64,000 nt of DNA from the NCBI RefSeq assembly GCF_006345805.1, contig NW_021830453.1, forward strand, positions 2,316 to 66,315, in the 5' to 3' direction. Below the pieces are notes generated by a model. That model was not told the DNA's origin. It was given only the letters and a program-made list of their open reading frames with translations, and made no database searches. Origin of the DNA: Octopus sinensis. Lineage: Eukaryota. A program made the translations under genes and the position numbers. Position 1 is the stretch's first letter; the number at the start of each line of letters is the position of its first letter. Positions 1-12,884 of this stretch are shown here, piece by piece.

Positions 1-211
1 TATGTTTACACTCATAGACATATACATGTATGTTTATTCGAATATATATATATATATATATACGTGTGTGTGTGTGTATAATATAGATTAACATATAAAA
101 ACATACGCATTTATGCATAAATATATAGATACAGATCTGTATATCAATATATAGTGTTTTTGTATGTATGTACCTCTCCATCTTTCGCACTCTCTCTTTC
201 TCTCTTGTTAT

Positions 212-265
<54 letters not shown>

Positions 266-268
266 AAC

Positions 269-319
<51 letters not shown>

Positions 320-594
320 CATACACATACACATATATGTATGTGCACACACACACACACATATATATATATAAATTTATATAAGTACATTTATGTGTAT
401 GTACATACATATATGCATATATCTATGTTTATGTAGAAATATAATCCATACACGTATGTGTGTGTAAATATATACACATACATACATATACGCTCTCTCT
501 CTCACACACATACATGCATGCATACACACATACATACATACATACATACATAAATACATACATACATACATACATACATACATACATACATGCA

Positions 595-628
<34 letters not shown>

Positions 629-753
629 CATACATGCATACATACATACATACATACATACATACATACATACATACATACATACATACATAGACACATA
701 CATACATTCATACATACATGCATACACACAAGAATACATACATACATACATAA
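1..753. repeat. Compound microsatellite array (TA)n/(CA)n/(TACA)n
   Basis: Directly visible; explains ORFs 144..844. Confidence 0.95.
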
Positions 754-1083
754 ACCTATTGACTTTTGTCATATCTCTCAGAAGATTTAAGCGCCATTCC
801 AGCACCGAAAGATAAGACAAAATTCCTTCACAGAGAACCGTCACAAGAAAGACTCCATCACAACTGCGAACAGCGTTGATTCTGACAGGAAATTCATGGA
901 CAGATGCGAAGATTAAGGAGCCAAGATAAACCCCTAAATCTACTTGATTCTCACTAAGGATTTACTATAATTCTATAATATCTTCGGACAATAAGGGCCA
1001 AGAGGACGAGAAGCAGGGGCGGAAATTTTTCAAGATTTTCTGTGTTGAGTTAAGTTTATGATAGCTACGTATCTCTCGTATTA

Positions 1084-1147
<64 letters not shown>

Positions 1148-1323
1148 ACACACACATAAATATACAAACGTGTTTTTGCGCACATTCATATCCAACTATG
1201 TCGGTTTCTCTATGTCTCTCTGTATCACTATGTACCTTTCTCTCTCTCCCTCTCCCTCCCCCTCTCTCCTCACATATATATATATAAATATATGTATATA
1301 TACACATATACATATATATATAT

Positions 1324-1510
1324 ATCGCTAGTCACTAAACATTCTTTATTTTCTCTCCACGTTTCTTTCTGTTTTCCTTTCTGTGAAAGAGCGTAGGCTC
1401 GAAACGTTAAAGACTTTTTCACTTCACGAGCGTTAAACTAATACATCTGTTTGTTGTCTACGCTACTTATCTTCGTCTTTTGTTTTTTTTTTGTGAATTC
1501 TCCCTATATA
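1324..1510 (+). mobile_element. Short interspersed Penelope-like terminal-repeat remnant (family 1) with hammerhead-like motif at 1377-1412
   Basis: CTTT-CTGTGAA-A-GAGC gtag GCTC-GAA-ACGT-T-AAAG. Homologous copies at ~2880-3025 (+), ~16290-16582 (-) and ~36590-36810 (+). Confidence 0.6.
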
Positions 1511-1811
1511 GTAACTAGAAGCTATATTTAACACAACAATCGTTTCAGCTGCCTACCGCACTGCTCCATAGTGGGTGGAGAACGATTTAGTGACATCAAT
1601 TGGATCGCACTGTGTGTGAACTACTAGCAACACACTAGCAGCGTCTGACTTGGAGCGAAAGCAAAATGTAAATCTTATAACATTTGCATCACCTGATGAT
1701 GCTCGCTGCACTGTGTGATGCATTTGATGTCATTATGTCGTTCCCCGCCCATTAAGGAGCAGTGCAGAAAGCAACCGAAACGATTGTTGCGCTAAATAAA
1801 GCTACAAGTTA
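1511..1811 (+). mobile_element. Old fold-back element (arms ~1511-1614 / ~1711-1811) with hammerhead-like motif at 1690-1791
   Basis: Arms are diverged reverse complements. CAC-CTGATGA-long stem II (CTGCACTG/CAGTGCAG)-GAA-ACGATTGT-T-GCG. Confidence 0.55.
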
Positions 1812-1851
1812 CACTCTGGCTTCCGTATCAAGTATTAAAGTACGTATGTGC

Positions 1852-1886
<35 letters not shown>

Positions 1887-2106
1887 TGTATGTATGTATG
1901 TATGTATGTATGTATGTATGTACAAATAAGAAAATGAGCTTACAAAGATATAAATGATTTATTGACTTCATTAGCTTACCGCTGTTTCTGCGATAAGATG
2001 CAGTGCACTCATAGGTGAGTGCCAGAGTAACACCCGGCCCAGGAATTAGAACCAATACCTCGCCATCGTAAGTGCAACACCCCATACACTAGGACATGCG
2101 TCCTCT

Positions 2107-2156
<50 letters not shown>

Positions 2157-2263
2157 AAAGAGAGAGAGAGAGAGAGAGAGAGAAACACCTATCAGGGATG
2201 ATGTCTAATTTTATAATAAATAAATATTATTAACTGATTTATCTTTATTTTCTTATTTTCTTT

Positions 2264-2295
<32 letters not shown>

Positions 2296-2677
2296 TATAT
2301 GTATGTAAAAAAAATAAAACTGGACAAGAACGCAAAACATTTAGAAGACGATACAAAAAACACGGACGGGACATTCGAAGCCTTCAATCTTCAGTCAAGA
2401 ACCAGATCTTCCTCGCAATTTCGGCTCATTAATCTTGATACATTCGAAACGCGGAGTAGACGAAGCAGGGACAACTGAGGAAGGGGAATATTCCTTGTGT
2501 TGTTTGTCTTGTTCTCTGTTTTTTTTTTTTGTTGTTTGAAAAAAAGTCTGTTTCCATGTTTTTGTTTTTATGTTTTCGTTTCTCATTGTGTTCAACGTTT
2601 TTTGATGTCCTCTACTTATATATGCAATATATACATATAGATGTAGGTATTGTACATATATGTATATATCATATATG

Positions 2678-2727
<50 letters not shown>

Positions 2728-2781
2728 CAAACACACACACAAACACACCACACACATACAACACACACACACACACACACA

Positions 2782-2822
<41 letters not shown>

Positions 2823-3044
2823 CACACATACACACATCTGTATCACCGAGGCCAGTATTTATGAAGCCATCATAAATTCGCACTGTTTATTTTCTCGTAT
2901 TCCTTTCTGCTGTAGAGCTTAGGCTCGAAACGTAAAATACTTTCTCACCTTCACGAGCGTTAAACTAATACACCTGTTTGTTGTTTATACACCTGTCTTC
3001 ATCTTTATTTTGTAAATTCCAACTATATATATATATGTATATGT

Positions 3045-3082
<38 letters not shown>

Positions 3083-3642
3083 GGCCTGCGCTTCACTACA
3101 GCTGTTCCAGACGTGTTTTTTTATTGCAATAGCTGTAGTGAACCTCTCAGCCAGCTGTGTTATTACTTATACTAAACGACACTCGGTATTTTCTCTGCGT
3201 CGGATCTCTAGCCTACAATAGGCCGTGGACTGCATGCCGGAATATACTCTTGTATGATCTGTATGTACTCTAGTAAGTACGTGAGTGTACTTAAACAGCG
3301 TTGGTCCACAGGTATGATATCCTTAATTCTACCCGGTTGTCTTTATTATTGAAATATATCGACTCTATAGGATCTTACAAATAATTATATATACATTCTT
3401 TTATTCTCTTACCTGTTTCAGTCAATAGACTGTGGCCATGCTGGGGCTTCTCCATGAAGATTTCTTGGTCGAATGAATCGACCCTAGGACTTACTTTTAA
3501 GCCTGGTACTTATTCTATCGTCTCTTTTGCCGACCTGGTAAGTAACGGAAACGTAAACACACCAATACTGGTTGTCCAGTAGTGGTGGGGCCAAACAGAG
3601 ACACAAAGACACCGGACACATAACATATACATATATATATAT

Positions 3643-3674
<32 letters not shown>

Positions 3675-3790
3675 ATTATATATATATATATATAATATAT
3701 ATATATAATGTATTTATGCATATTGCATACATGTATGTAAGTATGTATGTATGTTATGTATGTATGTATGTATGTATGTATGTATGTATA

Positions 3791-4003
3791 TTCTTTTATT
3801 CTTTTACTGTGGCCACGCTGGAGCACCGCCTTCAGTCGAGCAAATCGACCCCAGGACTTATTCTTTGGATGCCTAGTACTTACTGTATCGGACTCTTTGG
3901 CCAAACCGCTAAGTTACGGTGACGTAAAACACCAGCATCGGTTGCCAAGTGATGTTGGAGGGGACAAACACAGACACACACCACAAACACACCACACATA
4001 CAT

Positions 4004-4052
<49 letters not shown>

Positions 4053-4155
4053 TATACATATATACGACGGGCTTCTTTCAGTTTCCATCTACCAAATCCA
4101 TCACAAGGTTGGTCAGCCCGAGGCTATAGTAGAGACACTTGTCCAAGATGCCACT
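3791..4155 (-). mobile_element. Bipartite tRNA-derived octopus SINE (family A)
   Basis: Head and tail modules separated by (TA)n/(CA)n; the same modules recur many times in the window. Confidence 0.85.
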
Positions 4156-4433
4156 TATGTAAAAATATAAAATAGAAAAGTTTGACAGAGTAAAAGAGAA
4201 AGAAATAGGAGAGAGAGAGAGAGAGAGAGAAATAGGAGAGGGAGGGAGAGTGAAAGATAGATCGTTAGATAGATAGATACATAGACAGAGGGATAGGTAT
4301 ATTGATACGTAGATAGACAGATATAGTGTTGTGTATATAATTGGATATTTGTGTGTAAATAAAGATGCAAATACAAAAATACATATTATTGTGTTTATGT
4401 ATATATACGTACGAATACACACACTAAGCCAGA

Positions 4434-4468
<35 letters not shown>

Positions 4469-4991
4469 TATCTATGTACTTATGTATGTGTATATATATA
4501 TATATATGTATATCATCACACGACCTTCCACATTTAGACATCCATCCTCATTGCACTTTCTTTTAAGAGTTGATGCGAAAATATGTATTTCCTTGACACG
4601 TGCCCCTTCGTCACCCCTTCTTAACACACACACACACAGACAGACACACACGTACAGAGCGCTCTCGATGGCAGTCTATTTCTGCTATCTTCGAATATAT
4701 TGATATATGTTGATATCATCTCGATATAACTTTATATAATCCAGCGATATCTCAATTACCATATTAGCTCGTTTCGATAGCACATTTATCAAAACTTAGT
4801 TTCTGTACACAAACATATGTATGTATGTGTGTCTGTATATAATATATATATATATATATTATATATTTTATATACATATATAATATATATATATATATAT
4901 ATAAATATATACACACACACCATAATATATATAAATATATACATAATACATATTGTATATATGTAATATGTTATGCATATATGTATGTACA

Positions 4992-5029
<38 letters not shown>

Positions 5030-5152
5030 TAATATATATATATAAATATATATACATTGTATATTGCGTATATATATGTATATATGTATATATGTATATA
5101 CATATGTATAATATATATATATATATTATATATATATATATATATATAATAT

Positions 5153-5199
<47 letters not shown>

Positions 5200-6505
5200 T
5201 TATATATATATATATATATATGTATATTAAAGGTATATGTACACACATATACACATATATAAAAATAAACTCAAGAGGTGCACTGACACATGTATATAGG
5301 TATATGAGTACATGTGTTAAAGCATATAACGTTTACATCTACATTTATGTACCATATATATGTGTGTGTGTGTGTGCGTGAGCGTGTGTGTATGTATATA
5401 TATATGTTTATATACGTATGTGTGTGTGTGTGTGTGTGTGCCTTTTTGCAACCCTAACGAGGTAACGACACACTAGCATTAATACTAACCGTAATTTTTA
5501 TTTCACATAACTACTTTGCATTCTTCCATTCTTCCTCTCATCTCTTCTTCCATAATTCCATAATTCTATAATTCCTTAATTCCATCCATAGATCCGATAT
5601 ACGGCTATCTGTTATTGTGTCAATCCTTCACTGTCGTCGGATGGAAGCTGCGAACTGCAGAGTGTGGGAAGGAGAGGTGTTTCTCTATGTGTATGTACGT
5701 GTGTGTGTGTGTACGCGTGTGTGTGTACGTGTGTGTGTGTACGTGTGTGTGTGTACGTGTGTGTGTTTACGTGTGTACTTATGTGTGTGTGTGTGTGTGA
5801 GAGTTTGTGCAAGACCTTGTATGCATTGAAAGTGCTTTTAACACTTTGATGCAGTTTAAGGCATTTATTTCACTCTTATCTAACACACACACAACCACAC
5901 ACACACACACACGCACACACACATACTAAACACAGGCGCAAGTGTAGCTGTGTGGTTAGAAACTTGTTTCCCAATTACATGGTTCTGTGTTCAGTCCTAC
6001 TGCGTGGCACCTTGCGCAAGTGTCTTCTACTCGGGCCGACCAAAGCTTTGTGAATGGATTTGGTAGATGGAAGCTAAAAGAAGCCTGTCTTATACATATA
6101 TATATGATATTGTATATACCTCGGTGCGATTTACGTCCGATTCGGTTCAGGTTGTTTGTATTCGTAACAGTTTAACATGTTCTCTGTTTCTTGTCTTCGT
6201 TGTACACATTCTTTGGTTTTCTTACAAAAGAACTAATGCCCGTAGCTTAGACTTTTTCGGGGGCAACCAGATTGAATAGTCTCAAGTGTAACTGCCCGGA
6301 ACAGTAAGGACATCTGGTAACTTGACTGACGAAAGAAGGCCATGATTGAGCCGTTCTTTTTTTCCTATCCCTCTAATTGTTTTTCCTGCCCGCTTTTGCA
6401 TATGTCCGGATGTATATATATATAATATATAATATATATATATATATATATACTATATTATATATATATATATATATAAATTAAAAGCAGAACACAAAGG
6501 ATATC

Positions 6506-6601
6506 GCGGTACACGTGTTTCAAGCTTTATAAACAATCTGTTATTACATCAGCATAGGTATATTTTGATATAAAAGATTGTTTAAAGCTCTCTTCAGCCG
6601 C
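6506..6601 (-). ncRNA. Type I hammerhead ribozyme motif, canonical core, long stem II
   Basis: Minus strand: GCGG-CUGAAGA-G AGCUUUA AACAAUCU...AGAUUGUU ua UAAAGCU U-GAA-ACACGUGU-A-CCGC. Stem III is a perfect 8-nt palindrome and the triplet is GUA. Confidence 0.8.
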
Positions 6602-6826
6602 AAACATTGTTAGTCCAAAGATTACATCACAAAATAAAAAGTACACTTAGTGTTACCCATTATAACAGGTTTATAATATCTCTTTGTAAAGGTGTATTCA
6701 TATAAAGGTTCGTTGGATTTCAAAAATCTGTCCATACTGTACCATATATATGTATGTGACCTCGTGAGTACCACTGGCTTTTTTTTTTCCTCTGTCTTCC
6801 CTTCTCGGGATCTTTCCTTCTCCTAT

Positions 6827-6861
6827 GTTTCCAACGAAGAGCTCCGCTCGAAACGTTAAAC
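6827..6861 (+). ncRNA. Variant minimal hammerhead-like motif in a Penelope-like terminal remnant (family 2, ~6700-6960)
   Basis: GUUU-CCAACGA-A-GAGC ucc GCUC-GAA-ACGU-U-AAAC. Stems I-III form but the core deviates from CUGANGA. Confidence 0.5.
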
Positions 6862-6960
6862 CCTCCTTCTTCCCTTCTTTCCTGAGCGTCCAATAATACT
6901 TTATTTGTTCCACGTCCTTGCGTTGTTGTGTTTTTTTTGTTTTCTTGTTTGGATTAACTT

Positions 6961-7022
<62 letters not shown>

Positions 7023-7056
7023 GTAAATGTAATATTGACAATTATTCGGCAACCAT

Positions 7057-7116
7057 GATAAAACTTCGAGTTTCGATACCGAGGTGGAAATCCACGCCGC
7101 CATCTCTTCAGTTATC
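7057..7116 (-). ncRNA. Type I hammerhead ribozyme motif, canonical core
   Basis: GAUAA-CUGAAGA-GAUG...UAUC-GAA-ACUCGAAGU-U-UUAUC; triplet GUU. Confidence 0.75.
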
Positions 7117-7137
7117 CGGCCTTTTTTCCGATGGCCG

Positions 7138-7198
7138 GATAACTGAAGAAATGGCGGCGTGAATTTCCTCCTCGGCATCCGAAAATCAGAGTTTTATC
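7138..7198 (+). ncRNA. Hammerhead motif, damaged partner copy
   Basis: GAUAA-CUGAAGA-...-GAAA-AUCAGAGU-U-UUAUC. Mismatches at the base of stem II and in stem III. Confidence 0.55.
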
Positions 7199-7335
7199 AT
7201 GGCTTCCGAATAATTGTCACTTATTACATTTACAGATAAATTCCTCTATTTACATAATATCGAGGTCTCTTTCTTTCTTTTGTTGACTTACCATTTTAAT
7301 CAATATATATATATTTACACAAACACACACATATT

Positions 7336-7369
<34 letters not shown>

Positions 7370-8527
7370 GAAATGCAGGTACATCAAATATATAAAGTAA
7401 ATTCTTATTTTATTAGCATTATCTCACCTCCAGAGGTAATGTGTTGACCAAATAGCAATTAGGTCCAGCTCCCTTGGAAGGGGAGATAATCTTAAGAACC
7501 AAGGCGGCTGCAAAACTTATTTTAGCCGTTATCAGCACGACAATTGTCCTCACTTATTTCCATTAGCCAGGAAATGTTGAACACATTAATATAGATAATT
7601 TGCATATTTTAAAGAAAAATTAGCTAAGGTTTCCTTACAGTTATCGCCAATTAAATTCATTCATGTGGAATTTGTTGGCCCAGGTCTGTAATAGAAGAGA
7701 ATTGTAGAAAGTATCACGTAGTGGGATCGAACCCAAATCCATGCTCTTCTTAACTACTCAGCTATGTCTGTGCTAGACGTTCCACGCAACAACGACGCCA
7801 CCACAACAATACATACACAAAGATATCTAATCAACATTACCAATTAATGGATCCAAGTCCCCTCCCCCTCTGTTTAGCATCTCCTTACCTGGTAACCCCT
7901 CCAGAGACCTTCGTTTACGTGGGTTTGGCAATTAAACAAACACATATATGTTATGGCATGAATACATTCCTAAACACACGCAAATACACATACTGGGAAC
8001 TCATGCCGAAACAGACGTACACACACATACACATACACAAATGTATACATATACGTATACATATACACACGCATATTCATGCGTGCATGCATGTGCGTAT
8101 AGACACAGAGAGGAACATTAACATACACGCACTAACCCATGCTCGTTCAAACGCAGACGCACATAGACACGCAAAGACATGTTAACGTGTTTACACACAC
8201 ATAAACGCTCACTAACAAATACACGCACGCACACACACACACACACACATTCAAACAAAACATTCAGACAAACACACATATAGATATATACGCACGTTCA
8301 GACAGACACACATACGCGCCGACACGGACGCACTTGCACACATACATACACACAGACACACGCTCGCGAGCACATATATTGTACTTGTCTTCGATATATA
8401 TGTATATACATGCATATATAAATACATACATACGTACACTCGAGTACCCACACACTTGCAAGCATATACGCCCTACATAAATGCAAGCATTGAAACACAA
8501 GCGTACAGGCAACCTCATGCAAACACA

Positions 8528-8573
<46 letters not shown>

Positions 8574-8989
8574 GAAATCTGTATTGGCATTCGCATTGAA
8601 ATACACGCAAAAAGACATACAGTTACATACAGACATAATTACATAGTAAAACCTATACATACATATACACACAAACGCATTAATACAGACACGTATGCAC
8701 ATTCAAAGCTACATATATACAAATACACAAACACACAAGTGCACGCTACAAACACACACTCATTCACACACACTCACACACACTTACACACATACGCACA
8801 CACACACACACACTTACACACACACATACGCACACACATACGTACACATATGCTTTTAAACACTTTTCTCTTATAACATATATAAACACTTAAACGTATG
8901 CACATACACACTCCTCCCCACAAAAACACGCGCACTAAACATGCTCACCCACACAAATAGCCATACACTCATACTTTCATACACATGCT

Positions 8990-9411
8990 CACACTCATCT
9001 CTGATCATGTAGTCTCTCGGCGCCACCAACATCAACACCTTAAATATCATCATTGCTACTGCAACAAGCACTACAACAATCATCACCACCAACACTACCA
9101 CCATCACCACTCTCACCAACATCATCAACACAACCACCACCACAATTACTACTACCGCTACAACCTCTTGCACCACCACCATCACCATCACCACCACAAC
9201 TACCAAAACTACTACCACCGTTATTGTCACAATCACCACTATCACAAGTACTACAACTACTACTACTACTGCCAGCACCACCACCACTACTACTATACAA
9301 CAGTCACCACTACCACCACCATTTTCATCATCATTACGTCCATTGCCACCAGCATCATCACCACCACCATCATCACTACTACTACTACTAATACTACTAC
9401 TACCAGCACTT

Positions 9412-9443
<32 letters not shown>

Positions 9444-9444
9444 T

Positions 9445-9476
<32 letters not shown>

Positions 9477-9721
9477 GACATAACCCCACCACCATCACCA
9501 CCACAACTACCAAAACTACTACCACCGTTATTGTCACAATCACCACTATCACAAGTACTACAACTACTACTACTACTGCCAGCACCACCACCACTACTAC
9601 TATACAACAGTCACCACTACCACCACCATTTTCATCATCATTACGTCCATTGCCACCAGCATCATCACCACCACCATCATCACTACTACTACTACTACTA
9701 ATACTACTACTACCAGCACTT

Positions 9722-9753
<32 letters not shown>

Positions 9754-10100
9754 TCTACTACTACTACTACTACTACTAATACTACTACTACTACCACCAC
9801 CACCAACACTACCACCATCACCACTGCCACCACTACCATTATCATTATCATCATCATCATCACCACCATCACTCCCAATCCCACCATTTTTATCATCATC
9901 ATCATCACCACTTCAATCACTATCTCTACCATCAACACTACCACCACCACCAACACTACCAACACTACCACTACCACCATTGTCACTCGTCATCATCACC
10001 ACCACCACAACCACCATTGCTACTACCACCAATACCACCATCACCACTGCCACCACTACCATTATCATTATCATCATCATCATCATCATCACCACAGCCG
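8990..10100. repeat. (CAC/CAT/TAC)n low-complexity tract containing a 307-bp tandem duplication
   Basis: ORFs 9040..9300 and 9293..9607 begin with the same peptide 307 bp apart. Confidence 0.85.
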
Positions 10101-10527
10101 CCACTCCATACGTGACCAATCGCTACTATTTGCGGAGGACTTATAGACTTCAACATGACATTTCCGACATGAGGTGATAGATGGCGTTGCTGTATACAGT
10201 TCTATTTACTCAATGAAGTCAGAAAACGCCAGATCGATAACCTTGTTTATGGAGATGATTGGCGTTTTTTTTTTAATATATATTTTTATATTTTATAGTT
10301 TTTGATGTGTGTTGTGAATGTACGGTGGGGGAGGGGGGTGAAGATCGAGGGCTCTATTGATAAAGTTAATTGTTAATTGTCAAGCTCTTATGGTAATTAA
10401 TTAGCTGGTTATCGATCTGTTGAGCAGTTTTTAAAAAAAATTTCGTGTGTCTATGTATGCGTGTCTGTGTGCGATAATGATGTCATGATATAATATATTG
10501 TTGTTCTTCCTGGTGTTGTAGTTGTTG

Positions 10528-10583
<56 letters not shown>

Positions 10584-10784
10584 TATTATATTATTATTAT
10601 TATTATTATATTATTATTATTATTATTATTCGCCGAGGTCGACTTTGTCTTTCATCCTTTCGGTATCGGTGAAGTAAGTACCAGTTGAACATTGGGTTCA
10701 GTGTAATCTCCTTATGCCTTCCCCCAAAATTACTGGCCTTGTGCCAAAATTTGACACCATTATTATTATTATTATTATTATTCT

Positions 10785-11530
10785 AAGTTAGACTTTTGCT
10801 TTATATTTGTACAAGTTGGCTCCAAGTCTCACCCAGAGACCTCAAGAGACAACAGGTTGGAAGTTCGTGTTGTTGTTATGCCTAGTGTGCCATACATTTG
10901 GTTTTGTATTTAGTGTTATACTAGTGAATGCCTAAAAAAAATAATTATGTTTGTTTTAAAACTTGAGATTACATAGAGAGTATTTTGCGTAGGATATGAG
11001 CAGTTTCCATGAGCACTATCTTTTGAATTTCTGCCATTTTGAGGTTTCCTGGTATATGAGTTAGGTAGCGATCAGCCCCTTTTGCTATCATTCCCAGGGC
11101 ACCTATGACAACAGGTATTGTTTTAGTCTTCAGGTTCCACATTTTGCTGATTTCTATTTCAAGATCTTTAAATTTGCTCAGTTTCTGGTAGGTCTTGAGA
11201 GATACATTTATATCGATTGGGGCAGTCATATCAATGAGGAAGCATGTTCTTTGTTTGAAGTCTTTCAATATGATGTCTAGCCTATTTGCATCTATCTTTC
11301 TGTCAGTTTGAGTGGGGAAGTTCCAGAGGAGTGAGATGTGGTCATTTTCAAGCACTGGAGGTGGTTTGTGTTCCCACCAGTTTTTTCATGGGGCAAATCC
11401 AGGTTTTTGCAGATTACTCAGTAAATATATTGTGCAGCTCTATCATGTCTGTTGAGATACTCTGTAGGCGCTAGAAGACTGCACTTGGATACAACATGAT
11501 CAATGGTTTCAATTTGTTGTTGACATACAC
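10785..11530 (-). mobile_element. R4/Dong-type non-LTR retrotransposon 3' fragment (CCHC knuckle and restriction-like endonuclease)
   Basis: CRVCQQQIETIDHVVSKC, RHD, ANRLDII, LIDMTAP, K..K..DLE and PVVIGALG motifs; flanked by (TTA)n. Confidence 0.9.
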
Positions 11531-11580
11531 GACATGTTGGGTTATTATTATTATTATTATTATTATTGTTATTATTATTA

Positions 11581-12139
11581 AGGAGGTGAGGTAGCAGAAT
11601 CATTAGTGCATTGGAAGAAATGCTTACGGGTATTTCACCCGTTGCTATGTTTCTTTTATATTCCTCTTGATGCCTTCTGATATTGTTCACAAGGACCCAA
11701 CAATAATTGGCTCTGTTTTCACCTTCTTCATTTTCCATAACCGGGTTATTTTGTACTTAAGACGGGTGCATCTATCTATGTTTTCGCCTTCCTTCTTGAT
11801 TAATCGTGGGTCAAAGCGGCATGCAACATCAGCTATATAGCATATGTGGTGCAATAACGTGAAGATAATGCCAATTATTGCTGGGTCTTGGGAACAGTAT
11901 CAGAAGGCATCAAGAGGAATATAAAGGAAATTGGAATAGAGTGTCCAGTAGAACTAATACAAAAGGCTTGCCTCCTTAGCACGGCCAGAATAATCAGGAA
12001 AATATTAGATAGCCGAAGAGAACGGATAGCATGGTACCGTAGGTTCTAGGTAGTAGGCCTGCTACGCATGCAAGACTGCAGGAGTTCCAAGAAAACCTGT
12101 GATAAAGAGAGGTTGTTGTTGTTATTATTATTATTATCA

Positions 12140-12213
<74 letters not shown>

Positions 12214-12798
12214 TATTATTATTATTATTATTAAGGAGGTGAGGTAGCAGAATCATTAGTGCATTGGAAGAATGCTTACGGGTATTTCACCCGTTGCTAT
12301 GTTTCTTTTATATTCCTCTTGATGCCTTCTGATATTGTTCACAAGGACCCAACAATAATTGGCTCTGTTTTCACCTTCTTCATTTTCCATAACCGGGTTA
12401 TTTTGTACTTAAGACGGGTGCATCTATCTATGTTTTCGCCTTCCTTCTTGATTAATCGTGGGTCAAAGCGGCATGCAACATCAGCTATATAGCATATGTG
12501 GTGCAATAACGTGAAGATAATGCCAATTATTGCTGGGTCTTTGGGAACAGTATCAGAAGGCATCAAGAGGAATATAAAGGAAATTGGAATAGAGTGTCCA
12601 GTAGAACTAATACAAAAGGCTTGCCTCCTTAGCACGGCCAGAATAATCAGGAAAATATTAGATAGCCGAAGAGAACGGATAGCATGGTACCGTAGGTTCT
12701 AGGTAGTAGGCCTGCTACGCATGCAAGACTGCAGGAGTTCCAAGAAAACCTGTGATAAAGAGAGGTTGTTGTTGTTATTATTATTATTATCATCATCA

Positions 12799-12878
<80 letters not shown>

Positions 12879-12880
12879 CA
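11581..12880. repeat. Near-identical 653-bp tandem duplication of a back-to-back pair of R4/Dong RLE fragments
   Basis: aggaggtgaggtagcagaatc occurs at 11581 and 12234. Each unit holds a minus-strand (DVACRFDPRL..PIIVGSL) and a plus-strand (PIIAGSLGTV..IQKACLLSTARIIRKIL) fragment. Confidence 0.85.
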
Positions 12881-12884
12881 TGTT

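Larger units (their letters stand above)
7021..7300. mobile_element. Fold-back Penelope-like element end (family 3), arms 7021-7121 / 7133-7235, two head-to-head hammerheads
   Basis: ~100-bp inverted arms with an 11-nt spacer. The 3' terminal segment ATAATATCGAGGTCTCTTTC is shared with the copies at 24.8-25.05 kb and 59.15-59.41 kb. Confidence 0.7.

Noticed and set aside
754-960. ~70-codon stop-free frame on the minus strand
   Set aside because: It runs into a microsatellite with no donor and no recognisable homology; the plus frame has stops. Possibly an old TE fragment.
2341-2480. CTGAAGA...TTCGAATG motif on the minus strand in a Penelope-like remnant
   Set aside because: U instead of A at 15.1 and no stem I or III can be drawn.
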